A stretch of 64,000 nt of DNA from assembly GCA_044337135.1 (NCBI GenBank), contig JBIIOC010000001.1:14416-78415 (forward strand), given 5' to 3'. The translations under genes and the position numbers were made by a program. Below, in pieces: positions 36,075 to 45,744 of the stretch; position 1 is the stretch's first letter; each line of letters starts with the position of its first letter. The notes beneath the pieces were generated by a model, which had not been told where the DNA came from, searched no databases, and saw nothing but the letters and a program-made list of their open reading frames with translations. The DNA is from Phycisphaerales bacterium (GTDB lineage Bacteria > Planctomycetota > Phycisphaerae > Phycisphaerales > SM1A02).

Positions 36075-37358
36075 TCATACGGGGCGTTCGGTCGTCCCCG
36101 AACGCTCTCGGTACGCGGCCCATGCCCAGAGCACGGCGGCAAGCAGGGCGAAAACCGCAAGCATGCCGAAGGCGATGTCCATGCCGCGCCAGTCCGCCAC
36201 CATGCCCACGAGCGGCACGCCCGGCACGTCACCCAGCAGGTGCAGCGCGAGGATCGCGATCGCCATGCCCGTGCCGCGCTCGGACGGATGAAGCACGTCG
36301 ACGAGCTGCGCGTTCACCGGACCCGTGCTCATCACGAGCAGCAGGCTCGCGATCGCCACCGACGCCCACACCACGGCCGGCTCCCTCGCGAGCACCACGG
36401 CGATGATGCATGGCACCGCAAGCATGGTGGTGATCGCGCACACCCACAGATGCGCGGCGGGATTCGTGCGGCGCCAGCGATCGCTCCACCAGCCACCCGC
36501 CATCGTTCCGGCGAGGCCCGTGACCACGATGATCGCGCCGAAGGTCGTGCCACCGACGGCGCCCCCGATCCCCTTCATCTTCTGCAGGTAGAGCGGCGTC
36601 CAGTAGCCGAGGCTTCCAAAGCACGCCGTCTGTGCGGCGTACCCCAGCGTGCAACGGCGCCACCGAGCGTTGGTCCACGTCGTCAGAAGCGACTTGAGCG
36701 TGGGTGGCGCATGCGCGGACACCGCGTGTCCCTCCATGCTCCCGCGCGGCGGATCGCGAAGCATGTAGATGAGCACGGCGAGCAGGAGCCCAGGTCCGCC
36801 CGCGACCAGGAAGGCGTGTCGCCAACCCCAGTGCTCGCCCACGGCACTGCCGATGATGAACCCGACCGCAGCACCAACTGGAATCGCGGCATTGAAGATG
36901 CTCATCACGCGGCTGCGCAGGCCGGGACCGAACTCGTCCGCCAGGAGCGCGGGCGCCACGCTCGCGTAGGCGGCCTCGCCCAGGCCGGTCACCGAGCGCA
37001 CGAACAGCAGCGCCCAGAAGCCCGCGGCCCAGGCGCCTGCCGCGGTGAGCACGCTCCAGAACGCCACGGCGATCGCGAGCATGTGCAGGCGATTCACGCG
37101 ATCGGCAAGCAGGCCGAAGATGGGAGCCGTCACCGTGTAGACAAGGATGAACGCGGAGTACAGCCAGCCACTCTGCGTGTCATCGAGCCCGAGACCACCC
37201 TGCTCGGTCGACTTCTGCAGCATGGGAAGCAGGCTGCTGACCACGAAGCGATCGGCGTAGTTCAGCAGGTTCAGTCCGCTGAGCACGCCAAGCGCCAACC
37301 ATGCCTGACGGCCCGCCGCGCCGTGGCCTGCCTGCGAATGCGCAGCGGGTTGCGACAT
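36075..37358 (-). CDS. MFS transporter
   Basis: About 12 TM segments with the LNYADRFVVSSLLP signature region. Confidence 0.85.
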   Translation of the reverse strand: MSQPAAHSQAGHGAAGRQAWLALGVLSGLNLLNYADRFVVSSLLPMLQKSTEQGGLGLDDTQSGWLYSAFILVYTVTAPIFGLLADRVNRLHMLAIAVAFWSVLTAAGAWAAGFWALLFVRSVTGLGEAAYASVAPALLADEFGPGLRSRVMSIFNAAIPVGAAVGFIIGSAVGEHWGWRHAFLVAGGPGLLLAVLIYMLRDPPRGSMEGHAVSAHAPPTLKSLLTTWTNARWRRCTLGYAAQTACFGSLGYWTPLYLQKMKGIGGAVGGTTFGAIIVVTGLAGTMAGGWWSDRWRRTNPAAHLWVCAITTMLAVPCIIAVVLAREPAVVWASVAIASLLLVMSTGPVNAQLVDVLHPSERGTGMAIAILALHLLGDVPGVPLVGMVADWRGMDIAFGMLAVFALLAAVLWAWAAYRERSGTTERPV

Positions 37359-37361
37359 CGC

Positions 37362-39131
37362 TCACGCCCCGAGGGCGACCTCCACCAGTCCTGCGAAGAG
37401 GCCGGCGGGCGCGGCACGGTCGGTGAAGCGCTCGAACTGCATCTCGGCCTGGTGCACGAACATCGCGGTGCCGTCGATCACGCGCGCGCCGCGCGAGGCC
37501 GCAAGGCGAAGCAAGGGCGTGCGGCGTGGCCGATAGACCGTGTCCATCACCACCGCGCCATCGAGCGAGACGTCGTCCTCGACCGGGCTGGCCTTGGGGT
37601 CCGGACCACCTTCCATGCCAAGGCTCGTGCAGTTCACGAGAGCGTGGAAGCAGCCGCAGCCAAGTTCACCCGGACGCCCCGCGACGACGTGCGTGCGCCC
37701 GCCACCAGGCATGGGCTGGTTGTGAAGCTGCGATTCCAGCTGCTCGGCACGCGACTGCGTGCGGTTGAACACGACCACCTTCGCGCCGGCGAGCGAGAGA
37801 CCCGCCGCCACCGCGCGCGCAACGCCGCCTGCGCCCAGCACCGCCACGCGACGCGTCGTCCACTGCCGGCGGATCGAATCACCGTCGCGCACGCGAGCGG
37901 CGTCGATGCCCGAGGCGAGTCGTGCCGACGCGTCCGCGTCCAGGCCCAGTCCGACCGCCAGTGCCGCCACCGCTGCCGGCGCGTCGGTGTTGATGGCCTC
38001 GAGCGCGCCATCCTGCGACACCAGCAGCGTGTTGGCGGATCCGCAGCGCTCGCTCAGGACATCCAGCCGGCCTCCCGCCTCGCGCACGAAGCGCACCAGG
38101 TGCTCCTTGTGCGGCAGCGTGACGCTGAGGCCCCGAAGATCGAGCGGCTTGAAGTCGAGCATCGCGTGCAGGCTCGCCTTGAAATGCTCCCATTCGGGCG
38201 GAATGGGCCACGGCAGGTACACCCCATCGAACCCGACGGCACCGAAGCCCGCGTTGTGCAGGTGCGGACTGAGCGAATGCTCGATGGGCCATCCCGCAAC
38301 GCCGAACACGCTTGTGCGCGGCGTGAGCGCGTCGAAACGGTAGAGCTCGCGAAGCTGCGACACCGTGGGCTGGCCGGGTGCGGTGCCCGGATCTCCCTCG
38401 GGCCGCGCATAGGTGAGAAAGCCCCCGAACTTGGCGGCCAGCACGCGTGAAGCCATGCCGAAGGCCCCCATGCAGAGCGCGATCGTCGGCTTGGGCGCCT
38501 CGCGGAGCAGATCGAACGCCTCGAGGCAGTCGCGCACGCTGCGGGCCTTCCATGCGATCTTCGCGACGGCGCAGGCGGGCTCGGACCACATCGCGGACAG
38601 GCGGCGCGTGAGATCGGCGGGCCGGCCCTCGAAGTCGTGAGCGCTCAGGATCAGGCTCGTCTTGAGGTCGCGCGGCTGGTTCGCATGATCCACCGCCAGC
38701 ATCACCTTCTGGCGGATGTTCGCGCTGCGCGAGAGGTGCGACGACTCGAAGTCGAGATAGCGTGGACCGGGATCCGACGTGCCGATGGCCTCGAGCAGGC
38801 TCACGCGATCGGTGTCGTCGCCCCGATACGAACCCCCCTCGTCGGCGTGGCGGATCGTGACGATGCAGGGGGCGGGGCTTTCTCGAACCAACCGAAGAAT
38901 CGGCTGCAGCGCGCCAGGCTCCTCGGCGAGCGCGTCGACGCGCCACTCCACGAGCCGCGCGCCGTTGACGACCTCGTGTCGGGCCATTTCCAGCGCGGTG
39001 GCGATCTCGTCGGGCCCCTCCACCGTGATCGCGACGGCGATCAGCGTGTGGTGGCCGCGCGCGCGGGGAGATTCCTGGGTCGGCGGCATCGGCACGGGCG
39101 CAGTGTAGATGCGCGAGGTCGACCCTAGCAT
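37362..39131 (-). CDS. aroDE: Bifunctional type I 3-dehydroquinate dehydratase / shikimate 5-dehydrogenase
   Basis: The N-terminal half is DHQase-I-like (IAVAITVEG...EWRVDAL). The C-terminal half is AroE (GWPIEHSLSPHLHNAGF, VAVLGAGGVARAV). Start 39131 or 39089. Confidence 0.85.
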   Translation of the reverse strand: MLGSTSRIYTAPVPMPPTQESPRARGHHTLIAVAITVEGPDEIATALEMARHEVVNGARLVEWRVDALAEEPGALQPILRLVRESPAPCIVTIRHADEGGSYRGDDTDRVSLLEAIGTSDPGPRYLDFESSHLSRSANIRQKVMLAVDHANQPRDLKTSLILSAHDFEGRPADLTRRLSAMWSEPACAVAKIAWKARSVRDCLEAFDLLREAPKPTIALCMGAFGMASRVLAAKFGGFLTYARPEGDPGTAPGQPTVSQLRELYRFDALTPRTSVFGVAGWPIEHSLSPHLHNAGFGAVGFDGVYLPWPIPPEWEHFKASLHAMLDFKPLDLRGLSVTLPHKEHLVRFVREAGGRLDVLSERCGSANTLLVSQDGALEAINTDAPAAVAALAVGLGLDADASARLASGIDAARVRDGDSIRRQWTTRRVAVLGAGGVARAVAAGLSLAGAKVVVFNRTQSRAEQLESQLHNQPMPGGGRTHVVAGRPGELGCGCFHALVNCTSLGMEGGPDPKASPVEDDVSLDGAVVMDTVYRPRRTPLLRLAASRGARVIDGTAMFVHQAEMQFERFTDRAAPAGLFAGLVEVALGA

Positions 39132-39137
39132 GCGCGC

Positions 39138-39764
39138 ATGCATGACGAAGCCGTGGATCAGACGCTCGCCTTCCTGCACGCCAACCTGCGTGGACACATC
39201 CGCTTCGACGGCGACCGTGTTCCGATCAAGGTGATCGTGGCTCCCGATGGCCACATCGTGGCGCCCGTGATGGAGGCGATGCTGCGATCGGTCGAGGTGG
39301 TCCTGGAGCTGCCCGACGATGGCGAGGATGGGATGCAGCTGATGGTCTCTCTGGAGCGGCTCGATCCCGAGGGCGAGCACGCGGGACTGTGCGATCGATG
39401 GCGCGCGTATCACGGCGATCCGGAGGACGTGCGATGGGCCCGCATGCAGATCGACGCGTCGCGCTTCCGTCAGTGGTTCGTGGACGGCGAAGCCCTGATG
39501 CTGCCGAACCCGCTGGCCACGGAAGAGGCGTCGCTGCTGAAGACGCTCAACATGCAGCCGCGGTCCTTCCTGAAGGCGTTCTGCACGACCTCGAAGGTGG
39601 ATTGCAAGGAACCGGTCGCGGTGGGGGTGGACCCGGGCGGGATCGACATTCGCAGGGCGCACGACACGGCCCGCCTGCCCTTCCCGCTGCGTTTCGAGCA
39701 GGCGGCGCAGGTCCGGAGCTTCATCGATGGAAACTCGGCACCCTTCATGCCGGGGATGGCCTGA
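39138..39764 (+). CDS. Hypothetical protein (possibly a DUF2470/heme-utilisation-like fold; weak call)
   Basis: 208-aa ORF with good GC3. The C-terminal PVAVGVDPGGIDIRRAHDTARLPF segment resembles DUF2470. Confidence 0.5.
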   Translation: MHDEAVDQTLAFLHANLRGHIRFDGDRVPIKVIVAPDGHIVAPVMEAMLRSVEVVLELPDDGEDGMQLMVSLERLDPEGEHAGLCDRWRAYHGDPEDVRWARMQIDASRFRQWFVDGEALMLPNPLATEEASLLKTLNMQPRSFLKAFCTTSKVDCKEPVAVGVDPGGIDIRRAHDTARLPFPLRFEQAAQVRSFIDGNSAPFMPGMA

Positions 39765-39799
39765 AGCGCGACCCCGCCGGCTTAGAATGAATCATCCTC

Positions 39800-39805
39800 A
39801 GGAGG
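39800..39805 (+). promoter_or_regulatory. Shine-Dalgarno (AGGAGG) for phhA
   Basis: A perfect AGGAGG lies 5 nt before ATG 39811. This argues for 39811 rather than the upstream in-frame ATG at 39787. Confidence 0.5.
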
Positions 39806-39810
39806 TCCCC

Positions 39811-40686
39811 ATGGCCGACGGCAGTCACCACAAGAGCGCGCAGAAGTTCGCAGGCAGCCTGAACCACGCGATGATCGACGACGCGTCGGCCGATGCCGCG
39901 CAGGCATGCGCGAATGACTTCGGCAAGCCCGGCTGCGAGGACATCACGAAGTGCTACATCGACCAGCGCTACGAGGGCTACACCCAGGAGAACCAGGAGA
40001 CCTGGCAGATCCTGTTCGACCGGCAGATGGCATTCCTGAAGGACAACGCGAGCCAGACCTACCTGAAGGGCGCGGAGATCATCAACCTGCGCCGTGACCG
40101 CGTGCCGCCGCTGAAGGACATCAATGCGCGCCTGTGGCCGCTGACGAAGTGGCAGAGCCGCGCGGTGCCGGGCTACCTGCCGCCGAAGGCGTTCTTCGCG
40201 TGCCTGGCGCGACGCGAGTTCCCGACCACGATCGTGATCCGGCCGAAGGAGTCGATCGACTACCTGCCCGAGCCGGACATCTTCCATGACATCTTCGGAC
40301 ACGTGCCGCTGCATGCCGACCCGACCTTCGCGGACTTCCTGCAGACCTACGGACAGGCGGCCCTCACGACCGATGACCCGGCGGAGACCGAGCGGCTCGC
40401 GCGGCTCTTCTGGTTCACGGTGGAGTTCGGCCTGATCCGGGAGGGCGGGCGCCTGAAGGTCTACGGCAGCGGGCTGATCTCGAGTCCTGGCGAAAGCCGT
40501 CACTCGCTGGAGAGCGCCGAGGTGGAGCGGCGGCCGTTCGATCTTGACCGCGTGTGCGACACGAGCTTCGAGATCGACCACTACCAGCCGATCCTGTACG
40601 TGCTGGACAGCTTCGAGCAGTTGCGCGACGCGATGAACACGTACGCGGGCCGGCTGTTGGCGAAGGCGAAGCGCGTGGCGGCGTGA
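39811..40686 (+). CDS. phhA: Phenylalanine 4-monooxygenase
   Basis: DIFHDIFGHVPL iron-ligand motif, FWFTVEFGLI and YGSGLISSPGE. Confidence 0.9.
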   Translation: MADGSHHKSAQKFAGSLNHAMIDDASADAAQACANDFGKPGCEDITKCYIDQRYEGYTQENQETWQILFDRQMAFLKDNASQTYLKGAEIINLRRDRVPPLKDINARLWPLTKWQSRAVPGYLPPKAFFACLARREFPTTIVIRPKESIDYLPEPDIFHDIFGHVPLHADPTFADFLQTYGQAALTTDDPAETERLARLFWFTVEFGLIREGGRLKVYGSGLISSPGESRHSLESAEVERRPFDLDRVCDTSFEIDHYQPILYVLDSFEQLRDAMNTYAGRLLAKAKRVAA

Positions 40687-40748
40687 AGATGCGGGTCCGA
40701 TAGCGGGGTCTGACCCTCTTCTGCGGACGCTGGCGTAGGCTGCGCGAC

Positions 40749-42026
40749 ATGGCACGCACCAAGATCGTCCGACGCAACGCCCGAGCCCGCAAGCCCTCTT
40801 CGCCGAGCACCGACGCGCCTCCGACCATCGACCCCGGGGAATTCGCGCAGCGGCGCGACCGCGTGCTCAAGGCGCTCGATGGATCGGTGGGACTGGTGCT
40901 CGCGGGCGACGCCGATCCAAACCTGCACCATCCCTTCCAGGCGCACCCGAACTTCCAATACCTGACCGGCATGGGAGACGAGCCCGGCGCGGCGCTTCTG
41001 CTCGATCCGCGCAACCCGAATCCGGCGCGGCGCGTGCAGCTTTTCCTGCGCCCGCTGAACCCCGAGCGCGAGAAGTGGGACGGGTTCCGCTTCGAGATCG
41101 GCGCCGAACTGCGCGAACGCACGGGCATCGCGACCATCTTCCGCTCGAACATGCTGTCCATGCAGCTGCTTGACGCGGCGCGGCGTGCCCGCGCGCTCTC
41201 GCTGCTGATGCCATTGGCCACGCACACGGCGCCCGTGAGCGGCGATCTCGAGATCTTCCGACGCGTGTGCGAACGCGTTCCCGGCTGCGGAATCGTGGAC
41301 CGCTCCCAGCTGCTGGCATCGATGCGTGCGCGCAAGAGCGCGTCGGAAATCGAATGCATCGAGCACGCGGGCCGGATCACGGGCCTGGGCTTCCATGTCG
41401 CGATGGCCACGCTGCGGCCCGGCATGAACGAGTTCGACCTGCAGCGGAACGTCGAGGAGGCCTATCGCGAGGGGGGTGCGCGCGACCTCGCCTTCCGCAC
41501 CATCGCGGGTGGAGGCTTCAACAGCACGGTGCTTCACTACCACGCGAACGACCAGCGCCTGGAATCCGGCGATCTGGTGTGTCTGGACAGCGGGGCGAAG
41601 TGGTGCGGCTACAGCGCCGACGTGACGCGCACGCTGCCGGTGAGTGGCCGATTCACCCCGCGCCAACGCGACATCTACGAGCTGGTGCTGAAGGCGCAGG
41701 AAGCCGCGATCCGCGCCTGTCGCCCCGGTCGCCGCCTGCACGAGATCGACGAGGCCGGCCGGGCCGTGATCCGAAAGGCAGGCTTCGCCGATGCGTTCCC
41801 TCACGGCATGGGACATCATCTCGGTCTTGAGACGCACGACGCGAGCCCCGACGAGCCGGTGGCCGAGGGCGCGGTCGTCACGATCGAGCCGGGCATCTAC
41901 CTGCCGCTCGAGCACATCGGTATCCGCATCGAGGACGACGTGCTGGTGACCAGGCGCGGCCCGCGCGTGCTGACGCAGCACATTCCCAAGTCGGTCGCGG
42001 ACATCGAACGCCTGATGCGGCGCTAG
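40749..42026 (+). CDS. pepP: Xaa-Pro aminopeptidase (M24B)
   Basis: HYHAN, DSGAKWCGYSADVTRT, GHHLGLETHD, EPGIY and IRIEDDV motifs. Confidence 0.88.
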   Translation: MARTKIVRRNARARKPSSPSTDAPPTIDPGEFAQRRDRVLKALDGSVGLVLAGDADPNLHHPFQAHPNFQYLTGMGDEPGAALLLDPRNPNPARRVQLFLRPLNPEREKWDGFRFEIGAELRERTGIATIFRSNMLSMQLLDAARRARALSLLMPLATHTAPVSGDLEIFRRVCERVPGCGIVDRSQLLASMRARKSASEIECIEHAGRITGLGFHVAMATLRPGMNEFDLQRNVEEAYREGGARDLAFRTIAGGGFNSTVLHYHANDQRLESGDLVCLDSGAKWCGYSADVTRTLPVSGRFTPRQRDIYELVLKAQEAAIRACRPGRRLHEIDEAGRAVIRKAGFADAFPHGMGHHLGLETHDASPDEPVAEGAVVTIEPGIYLPLEHIGIRIEDDVLVTRRGPRVLTQHIPKSVADIERLMRR

Positions 42027-42358
42027 AGGTCGCGCGGCTCGACCGGCTTCACCAGGAAGCCGTGCATGGAGAGCAGCACAAGGCTCCAGGCCACCGGAAA
42101 GGTCGCGATGCCCAGTGCCGCTCCGATCAGGGTCCGGCCCAGGCGATCACGCTTGCGTCCCACGATCTCGCAACTCACGATCACGAACAGCACGAGCGCG
42201 AACTTGAAGGCGATCGCGCCAGGAAGCTCCCAATGATCGATCACGAGCTTCGCGATGGGGTTGAGTTCCGATCCGCCTCGCCGAAGGATGTGCCAGGTGA
42301 ACATCACGTCGACCGCCGAGAGCAGCAGCAGCCACAGGTAGGCACGCTGGTAGCGCAT
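42023..42358 (-). CDS. Small membrane protein (DUF5658-like)
   Basis: Three TM segments with a GGSELNPIAK motif. Start at ATG 42358 (GTG 42427 possible). It shares a CTAG stop with pepP. Confidence 0.55.
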   Translation of the reverse strand: MRYQRAYLWLLLLSAVDVMFTWHILRRGGSELNPIAKLVIDHWELPGAIAFKFALVLFVIVSCEIVGRKRDRLGRTLIGAALGIATFPVAWSLVLLSMHGFLVKPVEPRDL

Positions 42359-42507
42359 CGGCGGCACGCTCAGGAACGCCAGGTCTTCCGGCGTGGGCGG
42401 CTGCGGCTGCGAGGTCGACGGCTCCACGGCTCCCAGTATGACATGCCCACGCACCCGCGCCCGCCGGGGCGCTGGATCGCCGCTCGACGGGGCCGCCTCC
42501 GGTGGGA

Positions 42508-44394
42508 TCAGATCAGCCGGTCGTCGCTGGCGATGTTGAACGCCGGCGCCACGTTCACCTGGACCAGGCGCTCCCGCTGGACCTGCTGGGCCTGCTCGGG
42601 ATCGACGTAGTCCGAGTGGCACGAGGCCTTGCCGGCCTCGGCGCCGACGGCCTTCTTGGTCTTGCTGGCGAGGCGATGGATCTCCTCGGGGCTCAGCACG
42701 CCGCGCCTGGCCAGGATCTCCTGCTGCTCGGCCGTGAGCGCGGCGCTGCGCACCGGCTTGCCGCGCTCGAAACCCTCCGCCTTGCCACTGGCAAACTCCT
42801 GGATCTCCTTGCTGATGCGCACGCTGCACCAGTCATGGCCGCACATCGCGCAGAAGTCCGTGTCGACGTCGAGATCCTCGTCGTGATACGCGCGCGCGGT
42901 GTCGGGATCGAAGCTGAGCTCGAAGTGCTTCTCCCAGTTCAGCGCGGCGCGCGCCTTCGTCAGGTCGTCGTCACGATCGCGCGAGCCGGGAATGCCAAGC
43001 GCCACGTCGGCCGCATGCGCGGCGATCTTGTACGCGATGCAGCCCTGCTTCACGTCGTCCTTCTTGGGCAGACCCAGGTGCTCCTTTGGCGTGACGTAGC
43101 AGAGCATGCTGGCGCCGTGATAGCCCGCGGCGGTCGCGCCGATGCAGCTGGTGATGTGGTCGTAGCCCGGGAAGATGTCCGTGACGAGCGGCCCGAGGAC
43201 GTAGAACGGGGCGCCGTGGCACAGGCGCCGCTGCAGCTTCATGTTGAACTCGATCTGGTCGAAGGGCACGTGGCCGGGCCCCTCGATCATCACCTGCACC
43301 CCCTGCCGCCACGCGCGCTCGGTCAGTTCGCCCAGCGTCGCGAGCTCGGCCAGCTGCGCGCGATCGGTCGCGTCGGCGAGCCCACCCGGCCGCAGACCGT
43401 CGCCGATCGAGAAGGTCACGTCATGCGCGCGCATCACGCGGCAGATCTCCTCCCACGCCTCGTACATGGGGTTCTGCCTGCCGTGCACGAGCATCCACTT
43501 CGCCAGCAGGCTGCCACCACGGCTCACGATGCCGATCAGGCGGTCCTTGATGTAGGGAAGATGCTCTCGAAGCACGCCGGCGTGGATCGTGAAGTAGTCG
43601 ACGCCCTGCCGTGCCTGGTGCTCCAGGGTCTCGAGGATGATCGGCAGCGTGAGATCCTCGATCTTTCGGCCGATGATCATGCTGTAGATCGGCACCGTTC
43701 CGATCGGCACGGTGCTGTTGTGCAGGATCGCCTCGCGGCAGGCATCGAGGTCGCCGCCAGTCGAGAGGTCCATGACGGTGTCGGCTCCCCAGCGCTCGGC
43801 CCACTTGAGCTTCTCCACCTCGTCGGCGGTGCCGCTGGACACGGGACTCGCGCCCATGTTCGCGTTGATCTTGGTCTTGCTGGCACGACCAATCGCCATG
43901 GGATCGAGCTGGTGCCGAAGATGGTTCACGTTGGCTGGAATCACCATGCGCCCCGCGGCGACCTCGTCGCGCACCTGCTCGGCCGTGAGGTGCGGCTCGC
44001 GCTCGGCCACGCGGCGCATCTGGGGGGTGATGGTTCCCGATCGCGCATGCTCGAGCTGGGTGACGGGGCGGAAGCCTGCCGGCGCGACCGCCTTGATGAA
44101 GGCGCCGATCTCGGGGTGGTTGTGTCCACCGCAGCCAGCGGCATGATCCGCGGCGGCGGCCAGCGTCCAGTCATCGGGAAGGAAGTCCCACGCCGTCAGC
44201 GCACTCGGGGCAGGCATGCCCGGCGTGTCCGGGCTCGAGAAGGCCAGAGGACCGCCCACATCAGCGCGGTTGGCAAAGGACCCCGGAGTGGTCCCCGCGA
44301 GCGTGCTTGAGGGATTGTGCGCACCGTGAAGGGGCTGGCGGATCTCGAAGTCCGGTTGCGATGACGACTTGTGCGAGCCTGAGGATGAGACCAT
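42508..44394 (-). CDS. thiC: Phosphomethylpyrimidine synthase
   Basis: [15 protein letters not shown], typical ThiC core and C-terminal [10 protein letters not shown] cluster. Start at ATG 44394 (AAGGAAG upstream). 44463 would lie in the riboswitch flank. Confidence 0.93.
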   Translation of the reverse strand: MVSSSGSHKSSSQPDFEIRQPLHGAHNPSSTLAGTTPGSFANRADVGGPLAFSSPDTPGMPAPSALTAWDFLPDDWTLAAAADHAAGCGGHNHPEIGAFIKAVAPAGFRPVTQLEHARSGTITPQMRRVAEREPHLTAEQVRDEVAAGRMVIPANVNHLRHQLDPMAIGRASKTKINANMGASPVSSGTADEVEKLKWAERWGADTVMDLSTGGDLDACREAILHNSTVPIGTVPIYSMIIGRKIEDLTLPIILETLEHQARQGVDYFTIHAGVLREHLPYIKDRLIGIVSRGGSLLAKWMLVHGRQNPMYEAWEEICRVMRAHDVTFSIGDGLRPGGLADATDRAQLAELATLGELTERAWRQGVQVMIEGPGHVPFDQIEFNMKLQRRLCHGAPFYVLGPLVTDIFPGYDHITSCIGATAAGYHGASMLCYVTPKEHLGLPKKDDVKQGCIAYKIAAHAADVALGIPGSRDRDDDLTKARAALNWEKHFELSFDPDTARAYHDEDLDVDTDFCAMCGHDWCSVRISKEIQEFASGKAEGFERGKPVRSAALTAEQQEILARRGVLSPEEIHRLASKTKKAVGAEAGKASCHSDYVDPEQAQQVQRERLVQVNVAPAFNIASDDRLI

Positions 44395-44479
44395 GGGATT
44401 TCTTCCTTGCTTCAGATCTGAAACGTTCGCGCACCATGCGAGGAATCGCGAACTTTCTTCCACGACTCCGCCGAACCGC

Positions 44480-44565
44480 GGAATCGATCGCGTTCCCTAC
44501 GCCGGTCCGAACCGGATCAGGTTCACGGGTGCTTCTCAGCACGGGCCCCGAATGGCACGCGCGCC
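44480..44565 (-). promoter_or_regulatory. TPP (THI-box) riboswitch in the thiC leader
   Basis: The minus strand reads GGGGCCCGUGCUGAGAAGCACCCGUGAACCUGAUCCGGUUCGGACCGGCGUAGGGAAC. This contains the conserved CUGAGA, ACCUGAUC and GCGUAGGGA elements. Confidence 0.85.
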
Positions 44566-44678
44566 CCGAGCGACTTTGGGATTCTAGCCATAAATTGGTG
44601 CAATCGCTCGACGATATTCCGGTTCACGATTCATCTCGGACGAGGTTCCGCGCATTTGGGGCTGATCCTCGCGACTGA

Positions 44679-45731
44679 TTGCAAGACCCGCAACCCGAAC
44701 CCGCGCGCTGGAAAACCATGCCCATCATGTCCACACCTCCGAAGGAGTTCTCGCCCGATCTTCCCCCTCTTGATGAGGCGGATCGCAAGTTGATCGAGCT
44801 GCTGTGCGAGGACGGTCGCATGAGCGGCCGCGACATCGCGCAGCGCTCGGGACTCTCCGAGGCCAACGTGAGTCGGCGACTCGCGCGCCTGGTCGACGAG
44901 GGCTCGGTTCGGATCGTCGCGATGGTGCCGGCGGATCTTCTGGGCCTCCACATGCGGACGATCCTGCTCCTGCGGTGCAAGGGCGATCCCAACGCGTCCG
45001 CGGAGCGCCTGGCGGGATTGGCGCATGTCCACTGGTGCGGCTCGACCTTCGGCGAGTTCGACATCGTGGCCTATGCGGTGCTTCGAGACGCGCAGCATCT
45101 GATCGACTTCGTCGACCAGGTCTTCGCGCGCGACCCGAATCTCGAGCATCTCGTGATGTGCCCCGTGCTCGACTACTACGCACCAAAGGATCACGGCGAT
45201 TCCGCCGAGGGCCTGAGCGAAAGACGCATCGCTTCGCGACGGTCCAGGGCGAGTGGCGCCGATCTGGACTCGATCGATCGAGCGCTGATCCGCGCGCTGC
45301 AGGCCAACGGCCGAGCGAGCTTCGCGGAACTGGCGGAGGCGAGCGGCATCTCCGCCACGAGCGCGGCCGATCGATTCCGGCGCCTGGTCTCGGATGGCAT
45401 CGTGGCGATCCTGACGCTGCCAAGTCCCGCCCGAGTGGGCAACATGGTGCGCGTGACGGCGTGCCTGTCGGTCAAGGGCCCGATCCGGAAGGTGCTCGAG
45501 CAGGCCGCCTCGATTCCGGGCTCGCTGTGGCCTTGCGCCACGGCCGGTCCGTACGGCGTGGTGATGGATTTCGCTTGTCCGACCGAGCAGGCCATGAACG
45601 AGATGCGCGGACGCCTGATGGACATCCCCGGCGTGTCGGCGGTGTCGCTGTCCCTGCACCGGCGCGTCATGCGGGACGATCTTCAGTGGGGCGCCGACGA
45701 GGCGGCCGCCCCGACGACGACCCGCTCCTGA
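44679..45731 (+). CDS. Tandem (duplicated) Lrp/AsnC-type protein: two HTH plus RAM units in one chain
   Basis: Unit 1: DEADRKLIELLCEDGRMSGRDIAQRSGLSEANVSRRLARLVDEG. Unit 2: DSIDRALIRALQANGRASFAELAEASGISATSAADRFRRLVSDG. The start may be 44718. Confidence 0.8.
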   Translation: MQDPQPEPARWKTMPIMSTPPKEFSPDLPPLDEADRKLIELLCEDGRMSGRDIAQRSGLSEANVSRRLARLVDEGSVRIVAMVPADLLGLHMRTILLLRCKGDPNASAERLAGLAHVHWCGSTFGEFDIVAYAVLRDAQHLIDFVDQVFARDPNLEHLVMCPVLDYYAPKDHGDSAEGLSERRIASRRSRASGADLDSIDRALIRALQANGRASFAELAEASGISATSAADRFRRLVSDGIVAILTLPSPARVGNMVRVTACLSVKGPIRKVLEQAASIPGSLWPCATAGPYGVVMDFACPTEQAMNEMRGRLMDIPGVSAVSLSLHRRVMRDDLQWGADEAAAPTTTRS

Positions 45732-45744
45732 CTTCGCGGCTACC

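Noticed and set aside
36240-38450. 736-aa plus-strand ORF antisense to the MFS and aroD/E genes
   Set aside because: It is a shadow ORF with Arg/His/Gly-rich composition, opposite two genes with clear family signatures. The same applies to 42502..44310, 47789..50224, 22374..24176 and many other listed ORFs.
44395-44463. Upstream ATG 44463 as the thiC start
   Set aside because: It would place the first 23 codons in the riboswitch expression platform. ATG 44394 has an AAGGAAG ribosome-binding site at proper spacing.
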